Source of the DNA: an uncultured bacterium
Lineage (GTDB): Bacteria; Verrucomicrobiota; Kiritimatiellia; RFP12; UBA1067
Reading direction: 5' to 3'
Assembly: GCA_902803135.1 (NCBI GenBank)
Contig: CADCPA010000011.1
Location: forward strand, 1-51,338
Length of the DNA: 51,338 nt
Numbering within the stretch: position 1 is the first letter of the stretch; each line of letters begins with the position of its first letter. Shown one piece after another: positions 25,950-36,235 of this stretch. A program made the position numbers and the translations under genes. The notes under the pieces were generated by a model. It was given only the letters and a program-made list of their open reading frames with translations, did no database searches and was not told the DNA's origin.

Positions 25950-27326
25950 TCAGAAACGGGGAATCTTTTCGCGTGAATCCGCCATGCCGCCGAGGCGGTT
26001 GCGGAGTTTCCACACGTCGTCATGCTCTTCTCGAAGGAAACGGAGCCGGCGTTCGTCGCGCCGGTTGCAGGCGGCGTCGACCAGGTTCGCCATGTGTACG
26101 ATCTCCTGCGCCCAGACGTTCGGATACGCGCCGCCTGCATAGGCCGCCGCCGTGTGGCGGCAGCCTTCGGCGATGGAGGAGATTTCGGCCAAGATGGGCT
26201 CCGTGAGGCCGGGATGGCGGGAATAGCCGTGGTCGTTGGCCAGGATGCGGAAAAACTCGGAAGCATTCGCACGCAACGCGCCGCCGCGCAGATAAAGCGT
26301 ACCGAGGCGCAGCAGCGTGCCGCCGAGCGGAACGCCCATGATGCCGTTGAGGGCGGATTCAAGATCCATCTTCGCCGCCGCCACGCCTTCGTAGGCGAGC
26401 GCGCCCCCGTAGACCAGGCCCGGGAGGGAGGCCGCGAGCGGCTGCCAGTGTCCGCCATCGCCCCAATCCGTCACCATGAAGCCCTTGGCGCCGCAGAGGC
26501 GGCCGGCCTTCTCGGCGGCGATCATGTTCTCGCGCATGTTCTCGACGCGGCCGGCGAGGGAGTTCCAGGCGCTCGTGCCGGGGCAAACGTAGAAGTCGAG
26601 CCCGGCGGCTTTGAACTTCGCCGCCTCGTCCATGAACGGGTGGTTGCCCTCGTAGCCCCAGTCGAGGGCGATGAGGTCCTTCGGCAGTTCCGGCACGAGC
26701 TCGGGATGCTTGAGGATGACATCGCCCCAGAACATCGGGCGCTTGCCGTGCTTGCGTGCGAGATCGGCGACCTTTTTCAGAAATTCCAGGTAGACGCGGC
26801 CTTCGCCTTGGGCGGCGACGGCGGCCGCGCTGCGCCCGCGGCCGAGCAGGTCGAATGTCTCGTCGCAGCCGATGTTGAAGAGCTTCGACTCAAAGTTCGG
26901 CAGGAGCTCGCCATAGAGTCCGTCGAGAAACTCCAGCGTCTTCGGATCGGTCGGACACAGCGTCGTCGGATCCTTCTTGAAGCCGCCCCACGGCAGCGGC
27001 GCCCCGCCCTGGGGAAGTTCGGCGAGGCCGTTGTAGTCGGGCCGCGTCAGCCAGCGCTCGAGGTGCCCAAACGAATTCTGGTTCGGCACGAGCTCGATGC
27101 CGTTCATCGCGCAGTAGGCGTCGAGGGAGCGGATCTCGCCCGGCGTGAGCGGCGACGCGTTCTCCCACACGGCCTTGTGCTGCGAATAGGCGAAGGTGTG
27201 TTCCGTGTAGAGCTGGAGCTGGTTGTAGTTGAACTTCGCGAGCAAGTCGACGAGCAGTTTCAGCGTGCCCATGGTCGGGACCTTGTCCCGGCTGATGTCG
27301 AGCAGATAGGCGCGAACGGCGAACAT
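25950..27326 (-). CDS. Glycoside hydrolase family 20 (beta-N-acetylhexosaminidase-like), no signal peptide
   Basis: LLDISRDKVP, LQLYTEHTF, VPNQNSFGH and NIGCDET (the GH20 D-E pair). The ATG at 27326 lies 2 nt after the upstream stop. The Arg-rich extension is rejected. Confidence 0.8.
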   Translation of the reverse strand: MFAVRAYLLDISRDKVPTMGTLKLLVDLLAKFNYNQLQLYTEHTFAYSQHKAVWENASPLTPGEIRSLDAYCAMNGIELVPNQNSFGHLERWLTRPDYNGLAELPQGGAPLPWGGFKKDPTTLCPTDPKTLEFLDGLYGELLPNFESKLFNIGCDETFDLLGRGRSAAAVAAQGEGRVYLEFLKKVADLARKHGKRPMFWGDVILKHPELVPELPKDLIALDWGYEGNHPFMDEAAKFKAAGLDFYVCPGTSAWNSLAGRVENMRENMIAAEKAGRLCGAKGFMVTDWGDGGHWQPLAASLPGLVYGGALAYEGVAAAKMDLESALNGIMGVPLGGTLLRLGTLYLRGGALRANASEFFRILANDHGYSRHPGLTEPILAEISSIAEGCRHTAAAYAGGAYPNVWAQEIVHMANLVDAACNRRDERRLRFLREEHDDVWKLRNRLGGMADSREKIPRF

Positions 27327-27328
27327 GG

Positions 27329-28267
27329 CTAGCGCGTCTCCTTTTTCGCGGGTTCCGTCGCGGCCTTGGTCTTGGCGGAGGAGGCCCGCTCGCGGCTGTA
27401 GAACGCCGCGGCCTCTTCGGGACGCTTTTTCTCCTCCATCAGCACGCCGAGGTTGTGGAACGCCGTCTCGCATCCTTCCAGTGCCGCGCGGCGCAGCAGC
27501 GACTCGACGTAGTCCGCCATGTAGGAGCCGCGGTTCGCCTCGCGCATGTGGATGGCGACGGCGAGGTTGTTCACGGCCGTCGCCGAAGTGAGAATGCGTT
27601 TCACGAGCGTGACGCGGTTCGCATCGGGGAAGCTGTCGAAGCCGACGATCGGCCAGTCCTTCTTGCCGTCCCACATCACGAACTGGTAGTCGCGCGGATG
27701 GCCTTCCGTGCCGAGGTCGTTTGTCAGCACGAGAAAGAGCGCGGGGGTGATCTTCCAGGCGGTAATCCAGCCGCCGGCCTTCATCGAGCCGCCGCCGACC
27801 ACGCCCTTCTTCGTAAAGATCGCAAACTTGGTCCAGAAATCGGGATCGAGGTCCACGCGGTAGCCACCGAGCAGACGGATCGTCTCGGCGTCGCAGCGGT
27901 CGAAGGTCGTGTCCAGCTGCAGCACGCCCCATTCGGCGATGACGCGGTTGACGTAGGCCAGCGCGTTGTTGCTCGCGAGACGGGCGTTCTCCTCCTTGAT
28001 GTCGCGCTTGAGGCGGTAGGAGCCGTCGGGGGAGAGGACGAGCACCTTCTCGAGGAGACCTTCCACGCGGGCGACGTCGAACGTCCAGTCCGCATCGGCC
28101 ACCTTCTCGTCCGCCGCATACCACATGCGCTTGAACGGCGCGCGCGAACCGTCGCGCGCGTCGAGCAGACGCGACACGAGCGAACGCGGGAACGGCTGCG
28201 GCGCCGATTCCGCCATCGCCGCGGCCGCCAGCAGACCCGTGAGGAAGAGAAGACGCGCTCGCTTCAT
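27329..28267 (-). CDS. Secreted hypothetical protein (possible Sel1/TPR-like C-terminal repeat)
   Basis: Signal peptide MKRARLLFLTGLLAAAAMA and non-biased composition. No family recognised. The C-terminal segment AALEGCETAFHNLGVLMEE...AAAFY is Sel1-like. Confidence 0.55.
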   Translation of the reverse strand: MKRARLLFLTGLLAAAAMAESAPQPFPRSLVSRLLDARDGSRAPFKRMWYAADEKVADADWTFDVARVEGLLEKVLVLSPDGSYRLKRDIKEENARLASNNALAYVNRVIAEWGVLQLDTTFDRCDAETIRLLGGYRVDLDPDFWTKFAIFTKKGVVGGGSMKAGGWITAWKITPALFLVLTNDLGTEGHPRDYQFVMWDGKKDWPIVGFDSFPDANRVTLVKRILTSATAVNNLAVAIHMREANRGSYMADYVESLLRRAALEGCETAFHNLGVLMEEKKRPEEAAAFYSRERASSAKTKAATEPAKKETR

Positions 28268-28292
28268 GACGCCTCGGCCTCCGGTCACATGA

Positions 28293-29327
28293 TTACACCT
28301 TCTTCAGTTCGGCGACTTCGGCCTTGAGCGCCTTGAGTTCGGCGCGCGTCTTCTGAATGAGCTTCGGGGCGAGCGCGACGGCGGCCATATCCTTCATGGA
28401 CGTGGCGGGCGTGCCGATGACGTACTTGATCGAGCCGTCGAGGCTCTGCGGCACGCCGGCCTGCGGCCCCACCTGCACGCCGTCGGCGATCTTGATGTGT
28501 CCGGAAATGCCGGCCTGCGCCCAGATGAGACAGCCCGAGCCGATCTGCGTGGATCCCGCAACACCGGCCTGGGCGATGATGCCCGAGTAGCCCGCGACCT
28601 TCACGTTGTGGCCGATCTGCACGAGGTTGTCGATCTTCGTCATCGGCCCGATATAGGTGCGGCCGATGCGGGCGCGGTCGATTGTCGTATTGGAGCCGAT
28701 CTCCACGCCGTCGCCGAGCTCGACGATGCCGAGCTGCGGAATCTTCTCGATCTTCGGCAGACCGTTCTCGAACGTCGTGTTGTAGCCGTAGCCGTCGCCG
28801 CCCAGACGCACGCCGCAATGGAGGATCACGCCCTTGCCGAGCTTGGTGCCCTCGCGGAGCGTAACCTGCGGGTAGATGTGGGAGCCGGCGCCGACCTCGC
28901 AGTATTCGCCGATGAAGACCTGCGCTTCGATCACGGCGCCGTCGCCGACGACCGCGTTCTTTTCAACGATCGTATAGGGGCCGATATGGACGTTCACACC
29001 GAGCTTCACGCTCGGATCGACGATCGCCGTCGGGTGCACGCCCGGTGCGCGCACAGGCGCGGGCGGGGCGAAGAGCGCGGCGGCCTTCATGCAGGCGTGG
29101 TTGGGGTCTTCGACGCGGATGATCGCGCACGGCGCGCCCAGCGTCCAGTCCGGCGGCAGCAGCACACAGGAAGCCTTCGTCTCGGCGACGAGCTTCACAT
29201 GCTTCGGATCCTTGCAGAAGCTGAGGTCTCCCGCGCGGGCTTCTTCAAGTCCGCCGCAGGCGAAAAGCTCCACATCGGTCCCCTCAAGGACACCGCCCAG
29301 TTGTACTGCCAGTTCAGATGCTTTCAC
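28293..29327 (-). CDS. lpxD: UDP-3-O-acylglucosamine N-acyltransferase
   Basis: LpxD N-terminal domain ([24 protein letters not shown]) plus left-handed beta-helix hexapeptide repeats. GTG start at 29327 with GGAG upstream. Confidence 0.93.
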   Translation of the reverse strand: MKASELAVQLGGVLEGTDVELFACGGLEEARAGDLSFCKDPKHVKLVAETKASCVLLPPDWTLGAPCAIIRVEDPNHACMKAAALFAPPAPVRAPGVHPTAIVDPSVKLGVNVHIGPYTIVEKNAVVGDGAVIEAQVFIGEYCEVGAGSHIYPQVTLREGTKLGKGVILHCGVRLGGDGYGYNTTFENGLPKIEKIPQLGIVELGDGVEIGSNTTIDRARIGRTYIGPMTKIDNLVQIGHNVKVAGYSGIIAQAGVAGSTQIGSGCLIWAQAGISGHIKIADGVQVGPQAGVPQSLDGSIKYVIGTPATSMKDMAAVALAPKLIQKTRAELKALKAEVAELKKV

Positions 29328-29362
29328 GTGTATCTCCGTTGCTAGGTGTATCGTGCCGCATT

Positions 29363-29371
29363 AGTATATCA
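29363..29371 (-). promoter_or_regulatory. Extended -10 promoter element TGATATACT for lpxD
   Basis: Sense strand ACTTTTGATATACT, 36 nt upstream of the GTG at 29327. Confidence 0.4.
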
Positions 29372-29445
29372 AAAGTGCCATTTCCCCGCACGCGAAAGCG
29401 CTTCGAGATTTCAAATTTCCGATTTCGGGCCCGTTCCTGTCCCCG

Positions 29446-29488
29446 AATAAGCAAACAAAGGGGTCGCGACATCTGCCGCGACCCCTTT
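29446..29488 (-). terminator. Rho-independent terminator after the Gfo/Idh/MocA gene
   Basis: Perfect 12-bp stem (29457-29468 with 29477-29488) and an 8-nt loop, followed on the minus-strand RNA by GUUUGCUUAUU. Confidence 0.75.
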
Positions 29489-29514
29489 GTGCGTTCTTCG
29501 CAGAACGGGTCGAA

Positions 29515-31101
29515 TTAGAACTCGAAGCCCTTGCGGATGAACGGCTTGATGAACGCGTTGGCAGCTTCGTTGTCGAACTTCTGCTTCTTCGTGCACCACT
29601 TGAGCTCCGTCTTCGGGAGGCGCTGGGCGACCGTACCGACGAGGATCGCCTCCATCATCGGGATGGAGTAGTCGACGTCGGAGTAGCAGCGGCTCTTCGT
29701 CTCGTCGAACATCGCGCTCGTGCCGTTGATGGCCGTGAGGAATTCGATGTAGTGGCCATCGGCCGTGAGCGAGGCGGCGCCGTCGCTCTTGTCCATGCCG
29801 CCGGCAGCGGCCACGCCCTTGCAACGCGGAATCCACTGCTTGATCTTCTTGCACTCCGGATGATCGTGCGTGTTGACAACCTTCTCCTCACCCGTGAGGG
29901 CGATGAAGGCGTCCTGGCCGTAGTCGTTCGTGGAACAGAGGATGCCCTTCGTACCGATGATGAGGCAGCCCGTGTCCGGCACCTTGCCGTCCTTGGCGAT
30001 CACCTGCGGCATGAGCTTGGCATCCGGCTTCTCCTGACCGTCGTACCAGAAGAGCGTGACTTCCGGCAGCTTGACGCCCGGACGGACCTTCGACTCGCGC
30101 TCGGCGTACGTCAGCTTGACGATGGACTTGAGCGGGTAGGCGATCTTGTTCTCGGACTCGATCATCGTGCAGATGGCCTTCGTGACGGCGCCGAGCTCGA
30201 GGCCGCGGAACGGAAGGTTCATCGTGTGGCACGCCATGTCGCCGAAGGCACCGGCGCCGAAGTCGAAGAAACCACGCCACGTGAACGGCGCGTAGACGTG
30301 CTTGCCGAGCTTCCAGGGGTCATAGACGTCCGTGCCGTCCGGATACATGTCGAGGAACGGACGCTCCTTCGCCGCACCCAACCAGATGTCCCAGTTGAAG
30401 CCTTCGGGAATCTTGTCGCCGTCCTTGCGGCTGGTGACGTACTTTTCGACGTTGAGACCCTGCGGCCACACGGGACGGTTCGTCCACACATGGACTTCCT
30501 TGACGTCGCCGAGGATGCCGCTCTGGAGGATTTCGACGTTGCGGCGGAAGCCGTCGCCGCCCGAACCCTGGTTGCCCATCTGGGTCACGACGCGGTTGGC
30601 CTTGGCGGCCTTGTAGAACTGCTGCGCTTCGTCGAGCGTGCGGACGAGCGGCTTCTGCACGTACACGTGGATGCCCTTCTTCATCGCGGCGACCGCGATC
30701 GGCGCATGCATGTGGTCGGACGTGGAGACCGTCATCGCCTCGATGCCGAGCTTGTCGGCGTCGGCGAGCATCTGGCGATAGTCGTGGTAGAACGGAACCT
30801 TGAGCGGATCGAAGAAGTCGGCCGGGAGCTTGCCCTTCTTCTTTTCGCCTTCGATCGAATCGTGCGCGCGCTGGACCGTGTTCTTATCGGCGTCGAAGAA
30901 CGCGACGACTTCGGCGAGGCCGCTTTTGACCATCGGCATCCAGTCGGAGAAACCCTTGCCCATCACGCCCGCGACGGCGAGCCTGATCTTGTGGTCGGCC
31001 ATGCCGGCGCGACGCGGACCCTTCGCCGAGCAGCAACCCGCAAGCGCGAAGCTCGCAGCGGCACTGCCGATGAACTCTCTTCTCTTCAGATTGAACTGCA
31101 T
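29515..31101 (-). CDS. TAT-signal Gfo/Idh/MocA family oxidoreductase
   Basis: Twin-arginine-type N-terminus MQFNLKRREFIGSAAASFALAG and a Rossmann segment (IRLAVAGVMGKG...EVVAFFDAD...MHAPIAVAAMKKGIHVYVQKPL). ATG at 31101. Confidence 0.85.
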   Translation of the reverse strand: MQFNLKRREFIGSAAASFALAGCCSAKGPRRAGMADHKIRLAVAGVMGKGFSDWMPMVKSGLAEVVAFFDADKNTVQRAHDSIEGEKKKGKLPADFFDPLKVPFYHDYRQMLADADKLGIEAMTVSTSDHMHAPIAVAAMKKGIHVYVQKPLVRTLDEAQQFYKAAKANRVVTQMGNQGSGGDGFRRNVEILQSGILGDVKEVHVWTNRPVWPQGLNVEKYVTSRKDGDKIPEGFNWDIWLGAAKERPFLDMYPDGTDVYDPWKLGKHVYAPFTWRGFFDFGAGAFGDMACHTMNLPFRGLELGAVTKAICTMIESENKIAYPLKSIVKLTYAERESKVRPGVKLPEVTLFWYDGQEKPDAKLMPQVIAKDGKVPDTGCLIIGTKGILCSTNDYGQDAFIALTGEEKVVNTHDHPECKKIKQWIPRCKGVAAAGGMDKSDGAASLTADGHYIEFLTAINGTSAMFDETKSRCYSDVDYSIPMMEAILVGTVAQRLPKTELKWCTKKQKFDNEAANAFIKPFIRKGFEF

Positions 31102-31156
31102 CTCTCTGTTCCTTTTTTTTGTTTGTTGCGCAAAGCGCAAAAATGATTTCACGTAA

Positions 31157-31165
31157 ATGATACCA
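31157..31165 (-). promoter_or_regulatory. Extended -10-like element TGGTATCAT
   Basis: Sense strand GAAAATGGTATCAT, 56 nt upstream of the ATG at 31101. Confidence 0.35.
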
Positions 31166-31200
31166 TTTTCTGCGAAGGCGCGCAAATGGTATTTGAAAGC

Positions 31201-31234
31201 GTTCGGGCCGCATCCCTGCGGATGCGGCCCGAAC
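31201..31234 (-). terminator. Strong hairpin after groEL (terminator candidate)
   Basis: Perfect 15-bp stem GTTCGGGCCGCATCC/GGATGCGGCCCGAAC with a 4-nt loop. Only a modest U-tract follows (GCUUUCAAAU). Confidence 0.55.
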
Positions 31235-31265
31235 GTCCTTGGTCTGCTGGAATCGGCGGACCGTC

Positions 31266-32915
<1,650 letters not shown>

Positions 32916-33203
32916 TTACTTCTCGAACACGCCCAGCAGGTCTTCTTCGCGGATGAGCTGGAGCTTCTTGTCGCCGATCTTGACTTCCGTGCCGCCGTAC
33001 TTCGGCAGGAGCACCTCGTCGCCGACCTTGACGTCGAACGCGAGTTCCTTGTGGTCCTTGTCGTACTTCTTGCCGAGGGCCTTCACCGTGCCCTTGATCG
33101 GCTTTTCCTTCGCGGCGTCGGGAATGTAGATTCCGCCGACCATCTGTTCCTTTTCTTCGACCGGTTCAACGAGCACACGGTCACCGAGGGGTCTAATGTT
33201 CAT
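32916..33203 (-). CDS. groS: Co-chaperonin GroES
   Basis: [19 protein letters not shown]...GGIYIPD..., 95 aa, 18 nt upstream of groEL. Confidence 0.97.
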   Translation of the reverse strand: MNIRPLGDRVLVEPVEEKEQMVGGIYIPDAAKEKPIKGTVKALGKKYDKDHKELAFDVKVGDEVLLPKYGGTEVKIGDKKLQLIREEDLLGVFEK

Positions 33204-33251
33204 CTTCTTTTTTCTCCTTTTCAGAAACTTCAGAGGATTGTTAGTGCAAAT

Positions 33252-33277
33252 TCTCGCCTCAGAATCTCGCCTCAGAA
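33252..33277 (-). repeat. Perfect tandem 13-mer x2 (plus strand TCTCGCCTCAGAA) immediately after the dnaK stop
   Basis: Read directly at 33252-33264 and 33265-33277. The dnaK stop codon is 33280-33278. The sense strand is TTCTGAGGCGAGA x2, 49-74 nt upstream of the groES ATG. Confidence 0.85.
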
Positions 33278-35179
33278 TCAGTTCATCGTGTAGTCGGCGT
33301 CGACGGCGTCGTCGTTGGCCTTCTTGCCCGCGTCGCCCTGGGGCGGCGGCGTGCCCGCGCCCGGCTGCGCGCCCTGTGCATTGGCGCCGGCATTCGCGTA
33401 CATCGCCTGGGCGATCGGCTCCATCGCCTTCATGAGCGCCTCTTCCTTGGCCTTGATGGTCGCGGTGTCGGCGCCCTTCAGCGCGTCCTGCAGCTCCTTG
33501 AGCGCGGTTTCGACGGGCGCCTTCTTGTCGGCAGGAACCTTGTCGCCGTTCTCCCTGAGCGTCTTCTCGACCTGGAACGCCAGCGACTCGGCCTTGTTGC
33601 GCGTCTCGACTTCCTCATGGCGCTTCGCGTCTTCCGCGGCGTGCATTTCGGCGTCCTTGCGCATCCTCTCGATTTCGTCCTTCGAGAGACCGCCCGCGGC
33701 CGTGATCGTGATGTTCTGCTCCTTGCCCGTGCCCATGTCCTTCGCCGACACCTTCAGGATGCCGTTCGCGTCGATGTCGAACGTGACTTCGATCTGCGGC
33801 ACGCCGCGCGGGGCCGGCGGAATGCCGTCAAGGTTGAAGTTGCCGAGCGATTTGTTGTCGCGCGCCATCTTGCGGTCGCCCTGGAAGATCGAAATCGTCA
33901 CCGCCGGCTGGTTGTCCGCCGCCGTCGAGAACACCTGGCTCTTCTTCGCCGGAATCGTCGTGTTGCGCTCGATCAGAGGCGTCAGCACGCCGCCGAGCGT
34001 CTCGATGCCGAGCGTGAGCGGCGTCACGTCGAGGAGGAGCACGTCCTTCACGTCGCCCTTGAGGATGCCGCCCTGGATGGCCGCGCCCATCGCGACGACT
34101 TCATCCGGGTTCACGCCCTTGTGGGGCTCCTTCGAAAAGAGCTTCTTGGCCTGGTCCTGGATGCGCGGCATGCGCGTCTGGCCGCCCACGAGCACCACTT
34201 CGTCGACGCTCGTGAGATCCGCGTCGCGGAGGCAGTTCTGGCACGGCACCGTCGTGCGCTCGACGAGCGCGTCGGTGAGCTGCTCGAGCTTCGCCTTCGA
34301 GAGGGAGGCCGTGAGGTGCTTCGGACCCGTCGCGTCCGCCGTGATGAACGGCAGCGAGATGTCGTAGGTCATCGCGCTCGAGAGCGCGCACTTCGCCTTC
34401 TCGGCCTCTTCCTTCAGCCGCTGCAGCGCCATCATGTCCTTCGAGAGGTCGATGCCGTTCTCGCGCTGGAAGTCGTCCATCATCCACTTCATGACCGCCT
34501 GGTCGAGGTCGTCGCCGCCCAGGTGCGTATCGCCGTTCGTCGCCTTCACTTCGAAGACGCCGTCGCCGATGTCGAGAATCGAAATATCGAACGTGCCGCC
34601 GCCGAAGTCGTACACGGCGATCTTCTCGTTCGTCTTCTTGTCGAGGCCGTACGCGAGCGACGCGGCCGTCGGCTCGTTGACGATGCGCTTGACGTCGAGA
34701 CCGGCGATGCGGCCGGCGTCCTTCGTCGCCTGGCGCTGCGAGTCGTTGAAGTAGGCCGGCACCGTGATGACCGCTTCCGTGATCTTCTCGCCGAGGAACG
34801 CTTCCGCGTCTTCCTTGAGCTTGCGGAGGATCATGGCCGAGATTTCCTGCGGGCTGTACTGGCGGTCGCCGACCTTCACGGCCGCGTCGCCATTCGCCGC
34901 ACGCACCACTTCATACGGAACCATCTTGATTTCATCGGCCATTTCGTCATAGCGACGGCCCATGAAACGCTTGATCGAATAGATCGTGGACTTCGGATTC
35001 GTCACTGCCTGGCGCTTCGCCGCCTGGCCCACGAGCGTCTCGCCCGTCTTCGTGAACGCCACGATCGACGGCGTCGTACGCGCGCCTTCCTTATTCGGAA
35101 TCACGGTCGCCTGACCGCCTTCCATCACGGCCATGCAACTATTCGTCGTGCCGAGGTCGATACCCAGAACTTTTGCCAT
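33278..35179 (-). CDS. dnaK: Molecular chaperone DnaK (Hsp70)
   Basis: [26 protein letters not shown] and [13 protein letters not shown] at 35179. The upstream 30-codon extension is rejected. Confidence 0.98.
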   Translation of the reverse strand: MAKVLGIDLGTTNSCMAVMEGGQATVIPNKEGARTTPSIVAFTKTGETLVGQAAKRQAVTNPKSTIYSIKRFMGRRYDEMADEIKMVPYEVVRAANGDAAVKVGDRQYSPQEISAMILRKLKEDAEAFLGEKITEAVITVPAYFNDSQRQATKDAGRIAGLDVKRIVNEPTAASLAYGLDKKTNEKIAVYDFGGGTFDISILDIGDGVFEVKATNGDTHLGGDDLDQAVMKWMMDDFQRENGIDLSKDMMALQRLKEEAEKAKCALSSAMTYDISLPFITADATGPKHLTASLSKAKLEQLTDALVERTTVPCQNCLRDADLTSVDEVVLVGGQTRMPRIQDQAKKLFSKEPHKGVNPDEVVAMGAAIQGGILKGDVKDVLLLDVTPLTLGIETLGGVLTPLIERNTTIPAKKSQVFSTAADNQPAVTISIFQGDRKMARDNKSLGNFNLDGIPPAPRGVPQIEVTFDIDANGILKVSAKDMGTGKEQNITITAAGGLSKDEIERMRKDAEMHAAEDAKRHEEVETRNKAESLAFQVEKTLRENGDKVPADKKAPVETALKELQDALKGADTATIKAKEEALMKAMEPIAQAMYANAGANAQGAQPGAGTPPPQGDAGKKANDDAVDADYTMN

Positions 35180-35340
35180 AATCTTGACTCTTTCTTTCTT
35201 CGTTGCTAAAGTGCCGTTGCCGCCGTACAAACCACGACGACGCCTCAGTATTAGCAACCACCATGCCAAGATTTGAATACTTGAAATTTCGAATGTTCAC
35301 CACATGGATTTCAGAGATATATTTTCGCATTTGGATCCTG

Positions 35341-35400
35341 TGTCACATAATGGCACAATCGACGGACGGAATGTGGCACAGATTGACGGATGGCACACGG
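35341..35400. promoter_or_regulatory. Cluster of four TG(G/T)CACA repeats upstream of dnaK (candidate operator array)
   Basis: TGTCACA at 35341 and TGGCACA at 35351, 35374 and 35391. Two copies extend to TGGCACA-N4/5-GACGGA. The cluster lies 160-220 nt upstream of the dnaK ATG. Confidence 0.3.
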
Positions 35401-35436
35401 TCCTGCACGGGACCGCGGAGCCCGGTCCGCAACCGC

Positions 35437-36201
35437 TCAACGGGCCTTGAGCAGCACCTTCATCCTGCCGAACTTCAGCTCCAGGTCGAGACGGACCGGC
35501 AGGCGGAACTCCCCGTCGGCCAGGAAGAAGCGCGCGGCGGGCTGACGCGCGCCGACAGGCCCGGCCAGCAAACAGAATACCAGACAGGACACCTTCTCGC
35601 CCTTCACCGTCTTGACCTTCTCCCGGCCGTCGAACCTGAGTTCAGCCGCCGCGACGCCCTTCTCCGTCAGCACGGAGACGGGGAAGACGGCCCCAGTCTC
35701 CACCTTTGAAAACTCGACCGACTGCACGGCCTGGTAGGCCGCCAGGGCGTTGAACGCGGGTCTTGGACTCGTGAATTCGCGCCGGACCGGTTGTTCGCCG
35801 CGCTTCGTACGGGTGGATGTGATCTGGCACGTCCCCGTCGGCGAATAGGCGAACGCAAGCGATTCCGTCACGACCTCCGCCCCCGACTCGATGGCCGTGG
35901 CCGAGCACAGCGTGCGGCCGTCGGACAGAATCAGCGCCTCCGACCGGACGTTCAGATGGCGCATGCGCTCGACGAACGGCGTCGCCTTGATCGTCTGCCG
36001 AAAATGGGTCAACGCCTTCCCGGCGATGTTCGTCGGCGCGAGCGCCACCTCGATGTCGGCGGCATGAAAAGACAGCAGCAGCTTTTCGAAGGACGCCTCG
36101 TAGACGTACTGCCGCGCGGCCACGGGTGCGGCCTTCGGCGCTTCGACCGCCCCGCTCAACGCGGCCGCCAGCACGAACACGGCGAGGAACACGCGCTTCA
36201 C
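35437..36201 (-). CDS. DUF3108-like secreted protein
   Basis: GTG start at 36201 gives the signal peptide VKRVFLAVFVLAAALSGAVEA. The C-terminal FFLADGEFRLPVRLDLELKFGRMKVLL is typical of DUF3108. The longer track ORF would overlap the upstream gene by 145 nt. Confidence 0.6.
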   Translation of the reverse strand: MKRVFLAVFVLAAALSGAVEAPKAAPVAARQYVYEASFEKLLLSFHAADIEVALAPTNIAGKALTHFRQTIKATPFVERMRHLNVRSEALILSDGRTLCSATAIESGAEVVTESLAFAYSPTGTCQITSTRTKRGEQPVRREFTSPRPAFNALAAYQAVQSVEFSKVETGAVFPVSVLTEKGVAAAELRFDGREKVKTVKGEKVSCLVFCLLAGPVGARQPAARFFLADGEFRLPVRLDLELKFGRMKVLLKAR

Positions 36202-36235
36202 GGCTTCTTCCCCGGCACCGTCGGCGCACGCGTCA

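Noticed and set aside
33241-33250. TTAGTGCAA resembling a CIRCE half-site upstream of groES
   Set aside because: It mismatches TTAGCACTC at three positions. No inverted partner (GAGTGCTAA) lies 9 nt away.
35280-35305. Sigma-32-like CTTGAAA-N13-CCACAT near dnaK
   Set aside because: The motif is on the plus strand and points away from dnaK, toward the 3-prime end of a minus-strand gene. It cannot drive dnaK as oriented and may be coincidental or an antisense promoter.
35351-35396. TGGCAC words as sigma-54 -24 elements
   Set aside because: No TTGC -12 element sits at the required spacing. The nearest, TTGAC, is only 3 nt away. There is also no plus-strand gene downstream.
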